Assembly (NCBI RefSeq): GCF_006345805.1
Contig: NC_043016.1
Coordinates: 18,104,001-18,168,000 of the forward strand
Origin: Octopus sinensis
Lineage: Eukaryota
Direction: 5' to 3'
DNA: 64,000 nt
Part shown: in pieces, positions 12,009-25,250 of the stretch
How positions within the stretch are numbered: the first letter of the stretch is position 1
Layout: each line of letters opens with the position of its first letter
Program-made: the position numbers and the translations under genes
The notes under the pieces: generated by a model
What the model was told of the DNA's origin: nothing
The model's database searches: none
Seen by the model: only the letters and a program-made list of their open reading frames with translations

Positions 12009-12411
12009 TACTCTTTTACTTGTTTCAGTCATTTGACTGTGGCCATGCTGGAGCACCGCCTTTAGTTGAGCAAATTGAGCCTGGGACTTATTCTTTCTAA
12101 GCCCAGAACTTATTCTATTGGTCTCTTTTGCCGAACTGCTAAGTGACGGGGACGTAAACACACCAGCATCAGTTGTCAAGCATTGCTAGGGGGTACAAAC
12201 ACAGACACACAAACATACATACGCATACATATATATATATACATATATACGACGGGCTTCTCTCAGTTTCCGTCTACCAAATCCACTCACAAGGCATTGG
12301 TCGGCCCGAGGCTATAGCAGAAGACACTAGCCCAAGATGCCACGCAGTGGGACTGAACCCGGAACCATGTGGTTGGTAAGAAAGCTACTTACCACACAGC
12401 CACTCCTGCGC
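12009..12411 (-). mobile_element. Family A SINE, full length
   Basis: Reverse complement of the 7604-8005 type. Confidence 0.9.
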
Positions 12412-12415
12412 CTAG

Positions 12416-12446
<31 letters not shown>

Positions 12447-13045
12447 ACCTAGATACATTTTCAAGTCCACAATTCATTCTTGTTATTTGGTGTTACTAGC
12501 TGCTTCCTCTCCTCTGTAGCACACCACAGAGGAGAGAAATAAGTAATCAACACCATTTTCTGTAAATTTCCTGAAGAAGGGAACCTAACCCTGGAATACT
12601 GGAATACCAATAAATAATAGTAACCGTTGATCTAAGGGTCCCAAGGCCTTTTGGTATCATTAAAATTGTGCTAGAAGCTACAACTGTGGAAAGACAATCT
12701 TAGTTTGTAAGTAAAGTATTGAAATAATTGGAACGGATCAGAAGTTTTCTACAGAAGTAACATAGAAATATATATAGAAATATAGTCAGTTGTCTATCAA
12801 TGCATCAATTCATATATGCATGTACATACGTTCATACATATGCAGGTACATGCATATACAGGTACATGCATATGTCTATCATGCATCCATTCTTGCATGT
12901 AAACATATACACATGCACTCGCACACACACACACATTATTGCATACAAATGTACATATGAGGACAGCAGATAAAGTATGTATATATACATTCATCAATCC
13001 ATATAAAAGTGTATAATACATACAAATAGATAGATAGATAGATAT

Positions 13046-13109
<64 letters not shown>

Positions 13110-13207
13110 ATAGCTAACCTGGTGCAGCCAAGTTATATATATATGTGTGTGTGTGTATGTCTGTGTATGTGTATATATTTATGTATGTATGTATATACAT
13201 ATATATA

Positions 13208-13594
13208 TGAGTGGCTGTGTGGTAAGTAGCTTGCTAACCAACCACATGGTTAAGGGTTCAGTCCTACTGTGTGGCATCTTGGGCAAGTGTCTTCTGCTAT
13301 AGCCCCGGGCTGACCAATGCCTTGTGAGTGGATTTGGTAGATGGAAACTGAAAGAAGCCTGTCGTATATATGTATATATATATGTATATGTATGTGTTTG
13401 TCCCCCTAGCATTGCCTGACAACCGATGCTGGTGTGTTTATGTCCCCGTTACTTATCGGTTCAGCAAAAGAGACCGATAGAATAAGTACTGGGCTTACAA
13501 AGAATAAGTCCCGGGGTCGATTTGCTCGACTAAAGGCGGTGCTCCAGCATGGCCGCAGTCAAAATGACTGAAACAAGTAAAAGTTTAAAAGAGT
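13208..13594 (+). mobile_element. Family A SINE, full length
   Basis: Same head, core and tail as the other copies. Confidence 0.9.
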
Positions 13595-13595
13595 A

Positions 13596-16530
13596 GTGTT
13601 CATAATCGTCAGAGTGTAAGTTCCTTGAGAGAAAAGCTGAACCTAAGAAGCGTCAGTTGTGGCGTGCAAGAGAGACGGCTGCGCTGGTATGGTCATGTGA
13701 CAAGAAAGGCTGAAGATAGTTGTGTGCAAAAGTGCTACACCCTAGCAGTGGAGGGAACCTGTGGAAGAGGTAGACCCAGGAAAACCTGGGACGAGGTGGT
13801 GAAGCACGACCTTCGAACTTTAGGTCTCACTAAGGAAATGTCTAGAGACCGAGACCTATGGAAGTATGCTGTGCATGAGAAGACCCGGCAAGACTAGTCA
13901 GGCCATAACCCGTGGCCCCGACCTGGGACGTAGTCAGTCCTGTGCATACCTTCCTTCTTGTGACACTTATGAAGACCTGTTGAGGCAAGTGAAAATCAAA
14001 TCAAATCAAAACAAATCAAAATAGATGAACATCAGTGGAATTGTATTCTTTGTGGTACCAGTGCCGGTGGCACACAAGAAAGCCACCAAACGTGGCCGTA
14101 ACCAGTACCGCATCGACTGGCCTCCGTGCTGTGGGCACAACAAACACCATCCGATCGTGGCCGTTCGCCAGCCTCATCTGGCAACCTGTGCCGGTGGCAC
14201 ATAAAGACACATCCGAAGACCCGGCGACGTAGTCAGTCCACCTGTGCATACCTTCCCTCTTATGACACTTGTGAAGACCTGTTGAGGCAAGTTGTGACAC
14301 TTGTGAAGACCTGTTGAGGCAAGTGAAAATCAAAAATCAAAAATCAAACCAATCAAAATAGATGAATATCAATGGAATTTGTATCTTTGTGGTGTACCCA
14401 GTACCGGTGGCACACAAGAAAACCATCCGAAGTGGCCGTAGCTGGTACCGCATCGACTGGCCTCCGTGCTGTGGCACAACAAACACCATCTGATCGTGGC
14501 CGTTCGCCAGCCTCACTGGCACCTGTGTCGTGTGTGGCACATAAAAACACCATCCAAAGACCCGGCGACGTAGTCAGTCCACCTGTGCATACCTCCCTCT
14601 TATGACACTTGTGAAGACCTGTTGAGGCAGAGGCAAGTTTGTGACACTTGTGAAGACCTGTTGAGGCAGAGGCAAGTGTTTGGTGACACTGTGGAGACCT
14701 GTTGAGGCAAGTGTGTGACACGCGTGGACACTTGTGAAGACCTGTTGAGGCAAGTGAAAATCAAACCAAATCAAAATAGATGAACATCAATGGAATTTGT
14801 ATCTTTGTGGTTCCAGTACCGGTGGCACACAAGGACACGCGTGTGACACTTGTGAAGACCTGTTGAGGCAAGTGAAAATCAAACCAAATCAAAATAGATG
14901 AACATCAATGGAATTTGTATCTTTGTGGTTCCAGTACCGGTGGCACACAAGAAAACCATCCGATCGTGGCCGTTCGCCAGCCACATCTGGCACCTGTGTC
15001 GGGGTGGCACATAAAGACACCATCCGAAGACCCGGCGACGTAGTCAGTCCACCTGTGCATACCTTCCCTCTTATGACACTTGTGAAGACTGTTGAGGCAA
15101 GGTGTGACACTTGTGAAGACCTGTTGAGGCAAGTGAAAATCAAAAATCAAAAATCAAACCAAATCAAAATAGATGAATATCAATGGAATTTGTATCTTTG
15201 TGGTTCCAGTACCGGTGGCACACAAGAAAACCATCCGAAGTGGCCGTAGCTGGTACCGCATCGACTGCCTCCGTGCTGTGGGCACAACAAACACCATCTG
15301 ATCGTGGCCGTTCGCCAGCCTCACCTGGCACCTGTGTCGTGGCACATAAAAACACCATCCAAAGACCCCGCGACGTAGTCAGTCCCCTGTGCATACCTTC
15401 CCTCTTATGACACTTGTGAAGACCTGTTGAGGCAGAGGCAAGTGTGTGACACTTGTGAAGACCTGTTGAGGCAGAGGCAAGTGTGTGACACTTGTGGAGA
15501 CCTGTTGAGGCAAGTGTGTGACACGCGTGACACTTGTGAAGACCTGTTGAGGCAAGTGAAAATCAAACCAAATCAAAATAGATGAACATCAATGGAATTT
15601 GTATCTTTGTGGTTCCAGTACCGGTGGCACACAAGGACAACGCGTGACACTTGTGAAGACCTGTTGAGGCAAGTGAAAATCAAACCAAATCAAAATAGAT
15701 GAACATCAATGGAATTTGTATCTTTGTGGTTCCAGTACCGGTGGCACACAAGAAAACCATCCGATCGTGGCCGTTCGCCAGCCACATCTGGCACCTGTGT
15801 CGGTGGCACATAAAGACCACCATCCGAAGACCCGGCGACGTAGACAGTCCACCTGTGCATACCTTCCTTCTTGTGACACTTGTGAAGACCTGTTGAGGCA
15901 AGTGACACTTGTGAAGACCTGTTGAGGCAAGTGAAAATCAAAATCAAAATCAAAACAAATCAAAATAGATGAGCATAAATGGAATTTGTATCTTTGTGGT
16001 ACCAGTGCCGGTGGCACACAAGAAAATCATCCGAACGTGGCCGTAGCCAGTACCGCATAGACTGGCCTCCGTGCTTTGGGGACGTAACAAACACCATCCG
16101 ATCGTGGCCGTCCGCCAGCCTCATCTGGCACCTGTGTCGGTGGCACATAAAAACCATCCGAGCGTGGCCGTCTGCCAGCCTCGTCTGGCACCTGCCAGCC
16201 TCATCTGGCACCTGTGTCGGTGGCACATAAAACCACCATCCGAGCGTGGCCGTCTGCCAGCCTCGTCTGGCACCTGTGTCGGTGGCACATAAAAACACCA
16301 TCCGAGCGTGGCCGTTCGCCAGCCTCGTCTGGCACCTGTGTCGGTGGCACATAAAATCACCCCACTACACTCTCGAGTGGTTGGCGTTAGGAAGGGCATC
16401 CAGCTGTAGAAACACTGCCAGATCTGACTGGCCTGTGCAGCCTTCGGGCTCCCCAGACCCCAGTTGAACCGTCCAACCCATGCTAGCATGGAAAACGGAC
16501 GCTAAATGTTGATGATGATGATGATGATGA
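13596..16530 (+). mobile_element. 5'-truncated RTE-clade LINE with a tandemly amplified 3' UTR
   Basis: ORF 13625-13897 (RRLRWYGHV...VEGTCGRGRPRKTW...DRDLW) is an RTE ORF C-terminus. It is followed by 2.4 kb of modular repeats and a (GAT)n tail. Confidence 0.88.
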
Positions 16531-17627
16531 TATATGTATATATGTATGTATGTATATATATATATATTTATATATATGTATATATATTATGTGTATATGT
16601 GTGTGTGTGTGCATCTGTACACATCTGTTGTTTTTGAACTGTCCTACCCATCCCAGCATAAGAAAGGATGATAATGATGATACACCCCCCCACACCCCAC
16701 ACCCCACACCCCCCCACACCCCCACACAATCATATATTTCCACTTGTAGTTTCTATTTTCTTTTTGTAACATAATTCTATTATATATATATATAATAATA
16801 TATAAATATATATATGTGTGTGTGTGTGGTGTGTCTGTACTCACACACTTTGAAAGGATTGTCCTGGTATTGTTCTGTTCAGCAAGGAAATAGAACACTA
16901 CAGGCATGCTCGGCCGATGAGCAAGATGTGAATGTCATGTCTTAAATTATGGATAAAGAAAAAAATCTCAGGGAACTGCAGGCAACACTTACAGTTCCTG
17001 TATCCTGCTTATAGATTCATATTTTTGTTCTTTATCTATTATTATAGTTGGGTCTATTTCACAATAGATTTGTATTAAAAAAAAACCTGGAAATGACTGA
17101 GGTTTTCCCACAAATAAAGGAAAAAGAACCTGACTCATATCCTCAAAAGCTCAATGAATTTGCAGTGTTGTAAACATTTGTAAAACATGTATGGTAAGAA
17201 GTAACTGTATTATGTCCCACCATGCAACATCTTGAATATGTGTATTCTGCTATAGCTTAGTGTGTTGATTTAGTACATGGAAACTGAAAGAAGCCCATCG
17301 TATGTGTATCATCATCCTCATCATCATCATTGTTTAACGTCTGTTTTCCATGCTAGCTTGAGTTGGATGATTTGACTGGGGACTGGCAAGCCCCCGTGGA
17401 TGGGGGGGCTGCACCAGACTCCAGTCTGATCTGGCAATGTTTCTACAACTGGATACCCTTCTTAACACCAACCACTCCGAATGTGTAGTGGGTGCTTTTT
17501 ATGTGCCACTGGCATGGAGCCAGTCAAGAAGCACTGGTATCGGCCGCGTTCGAATGGTACTTTCTATGTGCTGCTGGCACGGGAGCCTGTCGGGCCGGGG
17601 GGTACTGGCATTGATGTATTTATATGT

Positions 17628-17658
<31 letters not shown>

Positions 17659-18142
17659 CACTTTTTATATTAATGTTTGTTTCTTTCCAGCACTTGATAA
17701 CCCGTGTTGGTATGTTTACATCCTTGTAACTTAGTGGTTTGGTAAAAGAGAGTAATAGGATAAATACCAGACTTTCAATAAGAAGTCCTGGGGTCAATTT
17801 TTTCACTATTCTCTTCAAGGCAGGGCCCCAACATCACACAGTCCAATGACTGAAATAAGTAAAAGATTTCAAAGATTCTAATTTTTAGTCATCATATATT
17901 TGTGCATGTGCATGCATGCAGATGCACACATGCACACACAAAAGGCAAGTGCACACATGTGTACTAAAGAAATACGTATGTACAGAAATTTTTATGGGTA
18001 TGAGCATTTTCTCTTAAATACAAATACCTACTAAATAATCACACACACATACGCATACTCATACACACATACATACACACACATATTTACAAACATACAT
18101 TTTCATGATAACTACACATGAACTGGTACTATTACACACACA

Positions 18143-18186
<44 letters not shown>

Positions 18187-18573
18187 TTCCATGTACGTGA
18201 GGAATTAGACACAAGGTCTAATTCCTCACATGCCTGGAACTCTTATCACTTTGTTAGCGACATGCTGAACTTCCGCTATAAAGAATTCTAGTAATTTCAA
18301 GGTAAGTATACATAATATATAAACCATTAAAATTCAAAGAATGAATAGATAATTTCTTTTTAATACCTTTTCTTTAAATTCCTTACACTGAGCAGGTGAA
18401 TGATCAAAAACATTAAAACTTGAACTATACACACATATAATATATATACATATAAATGCATACACTCACACATATATATATATGTATGTATATATATGCG
18501 TGTATATGTACATGTAGAGGTAGGTACGTACATATATGTTTATATATATGCATATGTTTTATTTTATTTATTA

Positions 18574-18611
<38 letters not shown>

Positions 18612-18988
18612 CACACACACACACACACACGCATTCACACGCACACAGAGACAAACACACACACACACATATATATAAATTTACAAACTCTTATGTCATA
18701 AACCACTATTATTCTTGAACGCTGTTTTTTATACCTTCTATGGACTGTCAAAGCTTATTAACTTCCTATACCTTGATCCTTGATCCTTACCTTTACATTA
18801 CACACACACACACACACACATATATGACAGGCTTCTTTCAGTTTCCATCTACCAAATCCACTCACAAGGCTTTGTTTGGCCTGATACTATAGTAAAAGAT
18901 ACTTGACCAAGGTACCACGCAGTGGGACTGAACCCAGAATCATGTGGTTGGTAAGCAAGCTACTTACCACACAACCACTCCTGCACCT

Positions 18989-19030
<42 letters not shown>

Positions 19031-19183
19031 TCATCATCATCATCCTCATCGTTGAACGTCCGCTTTCCATGCTAGCATGGGTTGGACGGTTTAGCTGGGG
19101 TCTGATGCACGAAGGCTGCACCAGCCCAGTCAGATCTCTAGCAGTGTTTCTATAGCTGGATGCCCTTCCTATGTCAACACTCC

Positions 19184-19219
<36 letters not shown>

Positions 19220-20303
19220 ATACATATATACATACATACATACTTATATATATATCATATGGTGTAGAACTGGTAGTTTTGTTGGCTGGAAAAACATATT
19301 CACTGGCTTAGTGTTCATTGAGTATTTAATTAATGAGAGTTGGAAGATACAGGATTCTTTATTAATGAATGAAGATTCTTGTATCTTTCACCCTCTGTCT
19401 CACTCATCATAATTCAAGCATGACGGTGATAGTAAGGGATGTGAAAGACAGTGGTGATGGTGGGGCAGAGGGAGGTGGGGAAGTCAAAGGTGTCGATGGT
19501 GGTGGCGTGAGAAGTGCTGAATGGTGTGTGTGTGGTAGTTGTGGTGGTAATGGTGATGGTTGAAAATAATCAACAGAAAAAGAGAGAGAGAGAAAGAAAG
19601 AGGTGAGACAGAAAAAAATTGTACTGACCCCCACTCGAATGGGAAGACAAAAAAATGTTGTTTATCAGGAAGCTTTGCAATTAGGATAAATACCAGACTT
19701 TCAAAAAGAAGTCCTGGGGTCAATTTATTTCACTACTCTCTTCAAGGCAGGACCCCAACATGACATAGTCCAATGACTGAAACAAGTAAAAGATTCCAAA
19801 GATTCTAATTTTTAGCCATCCTATATTTGTGCACGTGTGTAAGTCGACAAATTATATCATTGTCTTGAAGAAAATTGTTCATTGCTTGAAAAGTATTGGT
19901 CAAGTTTAATAAAATTTTGTATGTACTCAATGGATGAAGTGTAATTATTGGGCCCAAGGCCCAATGAAGAGCCCTCCACAACAGCTAGTATATATATACA
20001 TACATACATATAAGGCACCTCTTCCATAAAGTCCAATCAGAAGCAACTGCTATTGCTCTTTTTTCTTTTGGATTCTCAAGTACAACCAGCTGTGACTATG
20101 GATATTGAACCATCTTCTCTGTAGTACCAAAGTTGTGACTTCTCAATGCAAAGAACTAACAGCTCAACCTGCAGAGACGCCCTCATCTCTTGAGTTACAC
20201 ATGATGTTGAGTAATATTACATCAGAGATCCTTCAGTAGTATTCCAGTTTGACTGCGGCTTATTATTGTGACTGTATGTATGTGTGTGTGTATGTACTCA
20301 TTT

Positions 20304-20709
20304 ACTCTTTTACTCTTTTACTTGTTTCAGTCATTTGACTGTGGCCATGCTGGAGCACCGCCTTTAGTCGAGCAAATCGACCCCGGGACTTATTCTTTGT
20401 AAGCCCAGTACTTATTCTATCGGTCTCTTTTGCCGAACCGCTAAGTAACGGGGATGTAAACACACCAGCATCGGTTGTCAAGCAATGCTAGGGGACAAAC
20501 ACAGACACACAAACATATACACACAACTTATATATACATACATATATACGACAGGCTTCTTTCAGTTTCCGTCTACCAAATCCACTCACAGGCATTGGTC
20601 GGCCCGGGGCTATAGCAGAAGACACTTGCCCAAGATGCCACGCAGTGGAACTGAACCCGGAACTATGTGGCTGGTTAGCAAGCTACTTACCAGACAGCCA
20701 CTCCTGCAC
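20304..20709 (-). mobile_element. Family A SINE, full length
   Basis: Near-consensus copy. Others at 23582-23985, 34660-35030, 44488-44915 and 55037-55421 (-), and 45690-46118 and 56880-57123 (+). Confidence 0.9.
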
Positions 20710-21285
20710 CTTGTGTACATAAATACCTACAAATATACAACTGTATAGTGAGAATTTACAAAAAAAAACAAAAAATGAGATGTGTGTGTAAACAACAAAC
20801 AGATGTATTAGTTTAATGCTTGGTAAGTGAGTAAGTCTTTTACGTTTTGAGCATATGCTCTTTGACAGAAAGGAACACAGAAATAAGCAAAAGACTGGAA
20901 AAGGAGAGGTTGAAAGAAAGGGAGATAATAAAAAAAAAGAGGTTGAATGAAAGGGAGATAATAAAGTGCCAGTGATCTCAATAAGAGGTGTGCATGCATG
21001 TATGTATGTGAGAATGGTCTGTGTGAGTGTGTAAGTGTGTGTGTGCGAATAGGGGTGAATACCTCTGATGTGTGTGAGTCTGTGTGTGTGAAACGTGTGT
21101 GTGTCTGTGACCAAACAGTGTGTGTGTGTATTATGTATCTTTGTCTCTGTTTATTGCATGTGTTTATGCGTGTTGTGTGTGTATATATATACATACATAC
21201 ATATTTATTTAATTAATTGGATTAAAATCAATTAAAGATTTTAATTTCCTATGTTTTTATCATTATTTTTTTGGTTTTATTTCAG

Positions 21286-21363
21286 GATGATTTCGCCGAT
21301 GAAAGGAACAACGTTAACGAAGTGTCTCTGAAAAGAATAGCCAAGAAGGCGCCGTATATCTAA
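21286..21363 (+). CDS. SCG5: 7B2 terminal coding exon with a second CT-like motif
   Basis: Long T-rich tract ending ttcag, phase 0. Encodes DDFADERNNVNEVSLKRIAKKAPYI followed by stop; IAKKAP resembles VAKKSP. AATAAA follows at 21401. Confidence 0.85.
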   Translation, partial: DDFADERNNVNEVSLKRIAKKAPYI

Positions 21364-21400
21364 GACACCAAATATATAAACAAACTAAAAACAAACAATC

Positions 21401-21410
21401 AATAAATAAA
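21401..21410 (+). terminator. Candidate proximal polyadenylation signal of 7B2
   Basis: Overlapping AATAAA hexamers about 38 nt after the stop codon; the AT-rich context makes this weak. Confidence 0.35.
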
Positions 21411-21601
21411 TTAATATATCAGAAATGGAACATTCCTCTTTGAAAGTAATTAACTTGTAAAAAACAAAAAAAAAAGATAAAAATTTAACAAAAGTATTCA
21501 ACTGCTGTTTATTCTTCCTATTATTATTATTGTTATTATTATCATTATTATTATCATTATTATTATTATTATTATAATTATTATAATTATAATTATTATT
21601 A

Positions 21602-21647
<46 letters not shown>

Positions 21648-21649
21648 AT

Positions 21650-21928
21650 AGGGCAGTGACCTGGCAGAATCGTTAGCATGACAGGAAAAATGCTTAGTGG
21701 TATTTTTGTCTGTCTTATTGTTCTGAGTTCACATTCCACTGAGGTCGACTTTGCTTTTCATCCTCTCAAGGTTGATAAAATAAGTACCAGTTACGCACTG
21801 GGGTCGATGTATTTGACTTACTCCCCACCCCTAAATTGCTGGCCTTGTGTCAAAATTTGAAACCACTATTATTATTATCATTATTATTATCATTATTATT
21901 ATTATTATTATTATTATCATTATTATTA

Positions 21929-21964
<36 letters not shown>

Positions 21965-22208
21965 CATTATTATTATTATTTTATGAATGCGGCAAGCTCA
22001 CTGAATCATTAGTATGCCGGACAAAATGCTTGGTAGCATTTCATCGGTCTTTTTATGTTCTGAGTTCAAATTCCGCTGAGGTTGACTTTGCCTTTCATCC
22101 TTTCAAGGGTAGATAAAATAAGTACCAGTTATGTACTGGGTCGATGTAATTGACTTATCCCCTTCCACCCAAAATTTCAGGCCTTGTGCCTATAGTAGAA
22201 AGAATTAT
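21650..22208 (+). mobile_element. Two family B SINEs within (ATT)n tracts downstream of the 7B2 stop
   Basis: Copies at about 21650-21870 and 21988-22208, each with a tRNA-like head and Nin-like core. Confidence 0.8.
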
Positions 22209-23287
22209 AATTACAATTACTATTGTTATATATTTTCTGGCAGATTTTATTGACATTTGTTGTTGTTGTTGTTATTATTGTTTTTGATGTTTATAGTTTC
22301 ATTTGTTAATATTTCAGTTTATTAAATATTTCATTTATTCATTTATTTATTTATTTTGAAATTTCAAAAAAAAAAATCTATTTAAGGAAATAAACTTTTA
22401 TTTCTCTTCCATGTACTTACGTTTGTTTATTTTCTTTCTTTCTCTTTTTCTTTCTTTCTTTCTTTCTTGATTTTAATAATAATTTATTGAACAGTTACTA
22501 AATGGTTCACTATTATGACAACAAGATTGACAAAAAACTACAATATATATATATATGTGTGTGTGTGTGTGTATTATATATATATATATGTATAAGTATA
22601 CATGTATATATATTTATATATATATATGTGTGTGTGTGTGTATGTGTGTATGTATATATGTATGTATATCAATATATATGTGTATATGTGTGTATATATA
22701 TTAATATATAAATATATTTTATATTAATATATATATAACTATATATATATATATATATACATACATGCACATACACACATATAAATATATATTTATGTAA
22801 ATACATATGTATATATATATATATTTATTATTGGCAATGGAAGCATATTAGTTCAGAAGAGCAATCTGTATATCTTACATATGTTGATGTAGTGTAAGAA
22901 CACCACAACACTGAGGTATTTGTCTTGAGAAAACTTCTCATAAATGTCTATACAAGAAACTTTCCTTAAGATGAAGAACTTTGTGTTATGGCTTTTTTAC
23001 ACCCTATCTATGTTAAGTAATATATCTGTGTATGTTTTTGTGTATATATATATATATATATATATGTATAGATTGTTTGTTGTGGTGGTATACAGATTTT
23101 ATGTATTAATAAAAGAAGTTAGTTAACATCAGGATAAATACTATTCATTGAGCGCTTTCATCCTCTTTAGGGATTTATCATGAATAATGGCTTATTTCAA
23201 TAACCCACAATTCATGATGAATCCCTGAAGGGGATGAAAGCACTCAATAAATAGCTTTTATCCATCCAGACTATCTTCTGAATGCAT

Positions 23288-23346
<59 letters not shown>

Positions 23347-23783
23347 ATGTGCATGTGTGTGTGATTATGAAATACTGCACAATTTGCTATGCAATAAGAT
23401 TGTACCCTGAAACCATATGGTTGTGAAGCAAAGTTTTCATTTAATTATTTTATTTAATATCATGTAATTAATTTGTTTATAATTAAGTAATCTTTATTTA
23501 ATATCAATAAAGAACCGGTTATATAATGAAACAAACTGAATCAATGCAGTCATTTTTATTCTTCCTTAATAAATATTGTCTTACTCTTTTACTCTTTTAC
23601 TTGTTTCAGTCATTTGACTACGGCCATGTTGGAGCACCACCTTTAGTCGAGCAAATCGACCCCAGGACTTATTCTTTGTAAGCCCAGTACTTATTCAATC
23701 GATCTCTTTTGCCGAACTGCTAAGTGACGGGGACGTAAACACACCAGCATCGGTTGTCAATCAATGCTAGGGGACAAACACAT

Positions 23784-23814
<31 letters not shown>

Positions 23815-24724
23815 CATATATACGACAGGCTTCTTTCAGTTTCCGTCTACCAAATCCACTCACAAGGCATTGGTCGGCCCGGGGCTATAGTAGAAGACAC
23901 TTGCCCAAGATGCCACGCAGTGGGACTGAACCCGGAACCATGTGGTTGGTTAGCAAGCTACTTACCACATAGCCACTCCTGCGCCTTGTGATTTTTTTTT
24001 TTTTTGTAAGAAACTATTATCATTAATTAATATTATCCTTCTTGTCATTATTTGCATTCACATGTTACACATCAGAAGTAATCAGAATGGTAAAAATATT
24101 TTCCCGAGCAAATAGGAACAGGAGTGCATGTGTGGTTCTGAAGCTTGCTTTCCAACCATGTGGTCTTGGGTTCAGTCCCTTTTTGCAGCAGCATCAGGGC
24201 AAGTGTCTTCTGCTATAGCTCTGGGTTGACCAAAGTCATGGTAGACAGAAATTGAATGAAGCATGTTTTGTATGTATATTCAAGGTGTTTGGGATAAATT
24301 TGACAGTTTGCATAAAAGGAAAAGAAAGCCTAATATTTCATCCAAAAATTAAAAGTATTTTAAAAGATTATAAAATGTCAACTAGATTGTGGCTGGGAGA
24401 TGACAATTGACTCAAAATAATCATCCTCAGCTTCAACCATGGCCTCAAGATGGCTCTAGAATCTGGTGCAAGCATTCCTCGCTGTGTCCCTGGGAAAATC
24501 TTTGAAGACTTCCTTGACCTTGCCCACCAGTTTGGCCTTGGCCTTGCAGGCAGAATGATTGGTGTCAAAAGCAGAATGGTTGGTGTTAAAAGCACTCCAT
24601 GCATAGTAATGAATAGGATTAAAACCGGGCAAATTAGTAGGCCAGAAATTAGACCTGGTTAAGTCATTGAAATTCTTCAACAACCTCTTCTGACTCTTTC
24701 CAGAGCCAAATGCTACTACCACAT

Positions 24725-25250
24725 ATAAGGTCTATCAGCAAAGTAACAGGACTAGTGTCACAAACATTTCATTTCAATTTTAAACAACAAACTACATGGT
24801 TTTCCCTTCAAAGCAATCCCCTTCGAGTCTAATATACTTTTTCCATCCTTCTCTGCCATACTTCTATACACTGCTGGAAAGATTCATCCGGGATGCCCCT
24901 CAGCTCCATCATTACAGCCCTCTTGATGGCCTTCACACCTTCAAAATGGGTCTCTTTGATGGTCCCCTTGAACTTGGGGGAAAGAAAAATGTCACATGGA
25001 GCAAGATCTGGTGAATAGGGAGGTTGTTCCAATACAATGATATTCTTCCCATCCAGGAACTGCCAGATGCTCAGGCCATTCTGAATAAGTACATTGTTGT
25101 GATGAAGCAACCACGATTTGTCCTGCCACAACTCTTATCTCTACTCGAGCACTGAGTGAAGCAAATGCTGCAGAATCTCTTTGTAGACTCACTGACTGAT
25201 TGTTTGGCCCTGTGGCAAGAACTCACTGTGGACAATGCCCATAGCTCACA
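24725..25250 (-). mobile_element. Mariner transposase fragment nested in the maT-like element
   Basis: ORF 24829-25131 contains WLLHHNN and PPYSPDLAPCD. TIR-like end near 24725. Confidence 0.88.

Noticed and set aside
13960-15940. Recurrent 30-bp repeat resembling a CRISPR array
   Set aside because: The intervening sequences are themselves repeated modules of irregular length, the context is a eukaryotic LINE UTR, and there are no cas genes.
18184-18301. Possible extra 7B2 cassette exon ending at a strong gtaagt donor
   Set aside because: No polypyrimidine tract, an in-frame TAG, and no 7B2 similarity.
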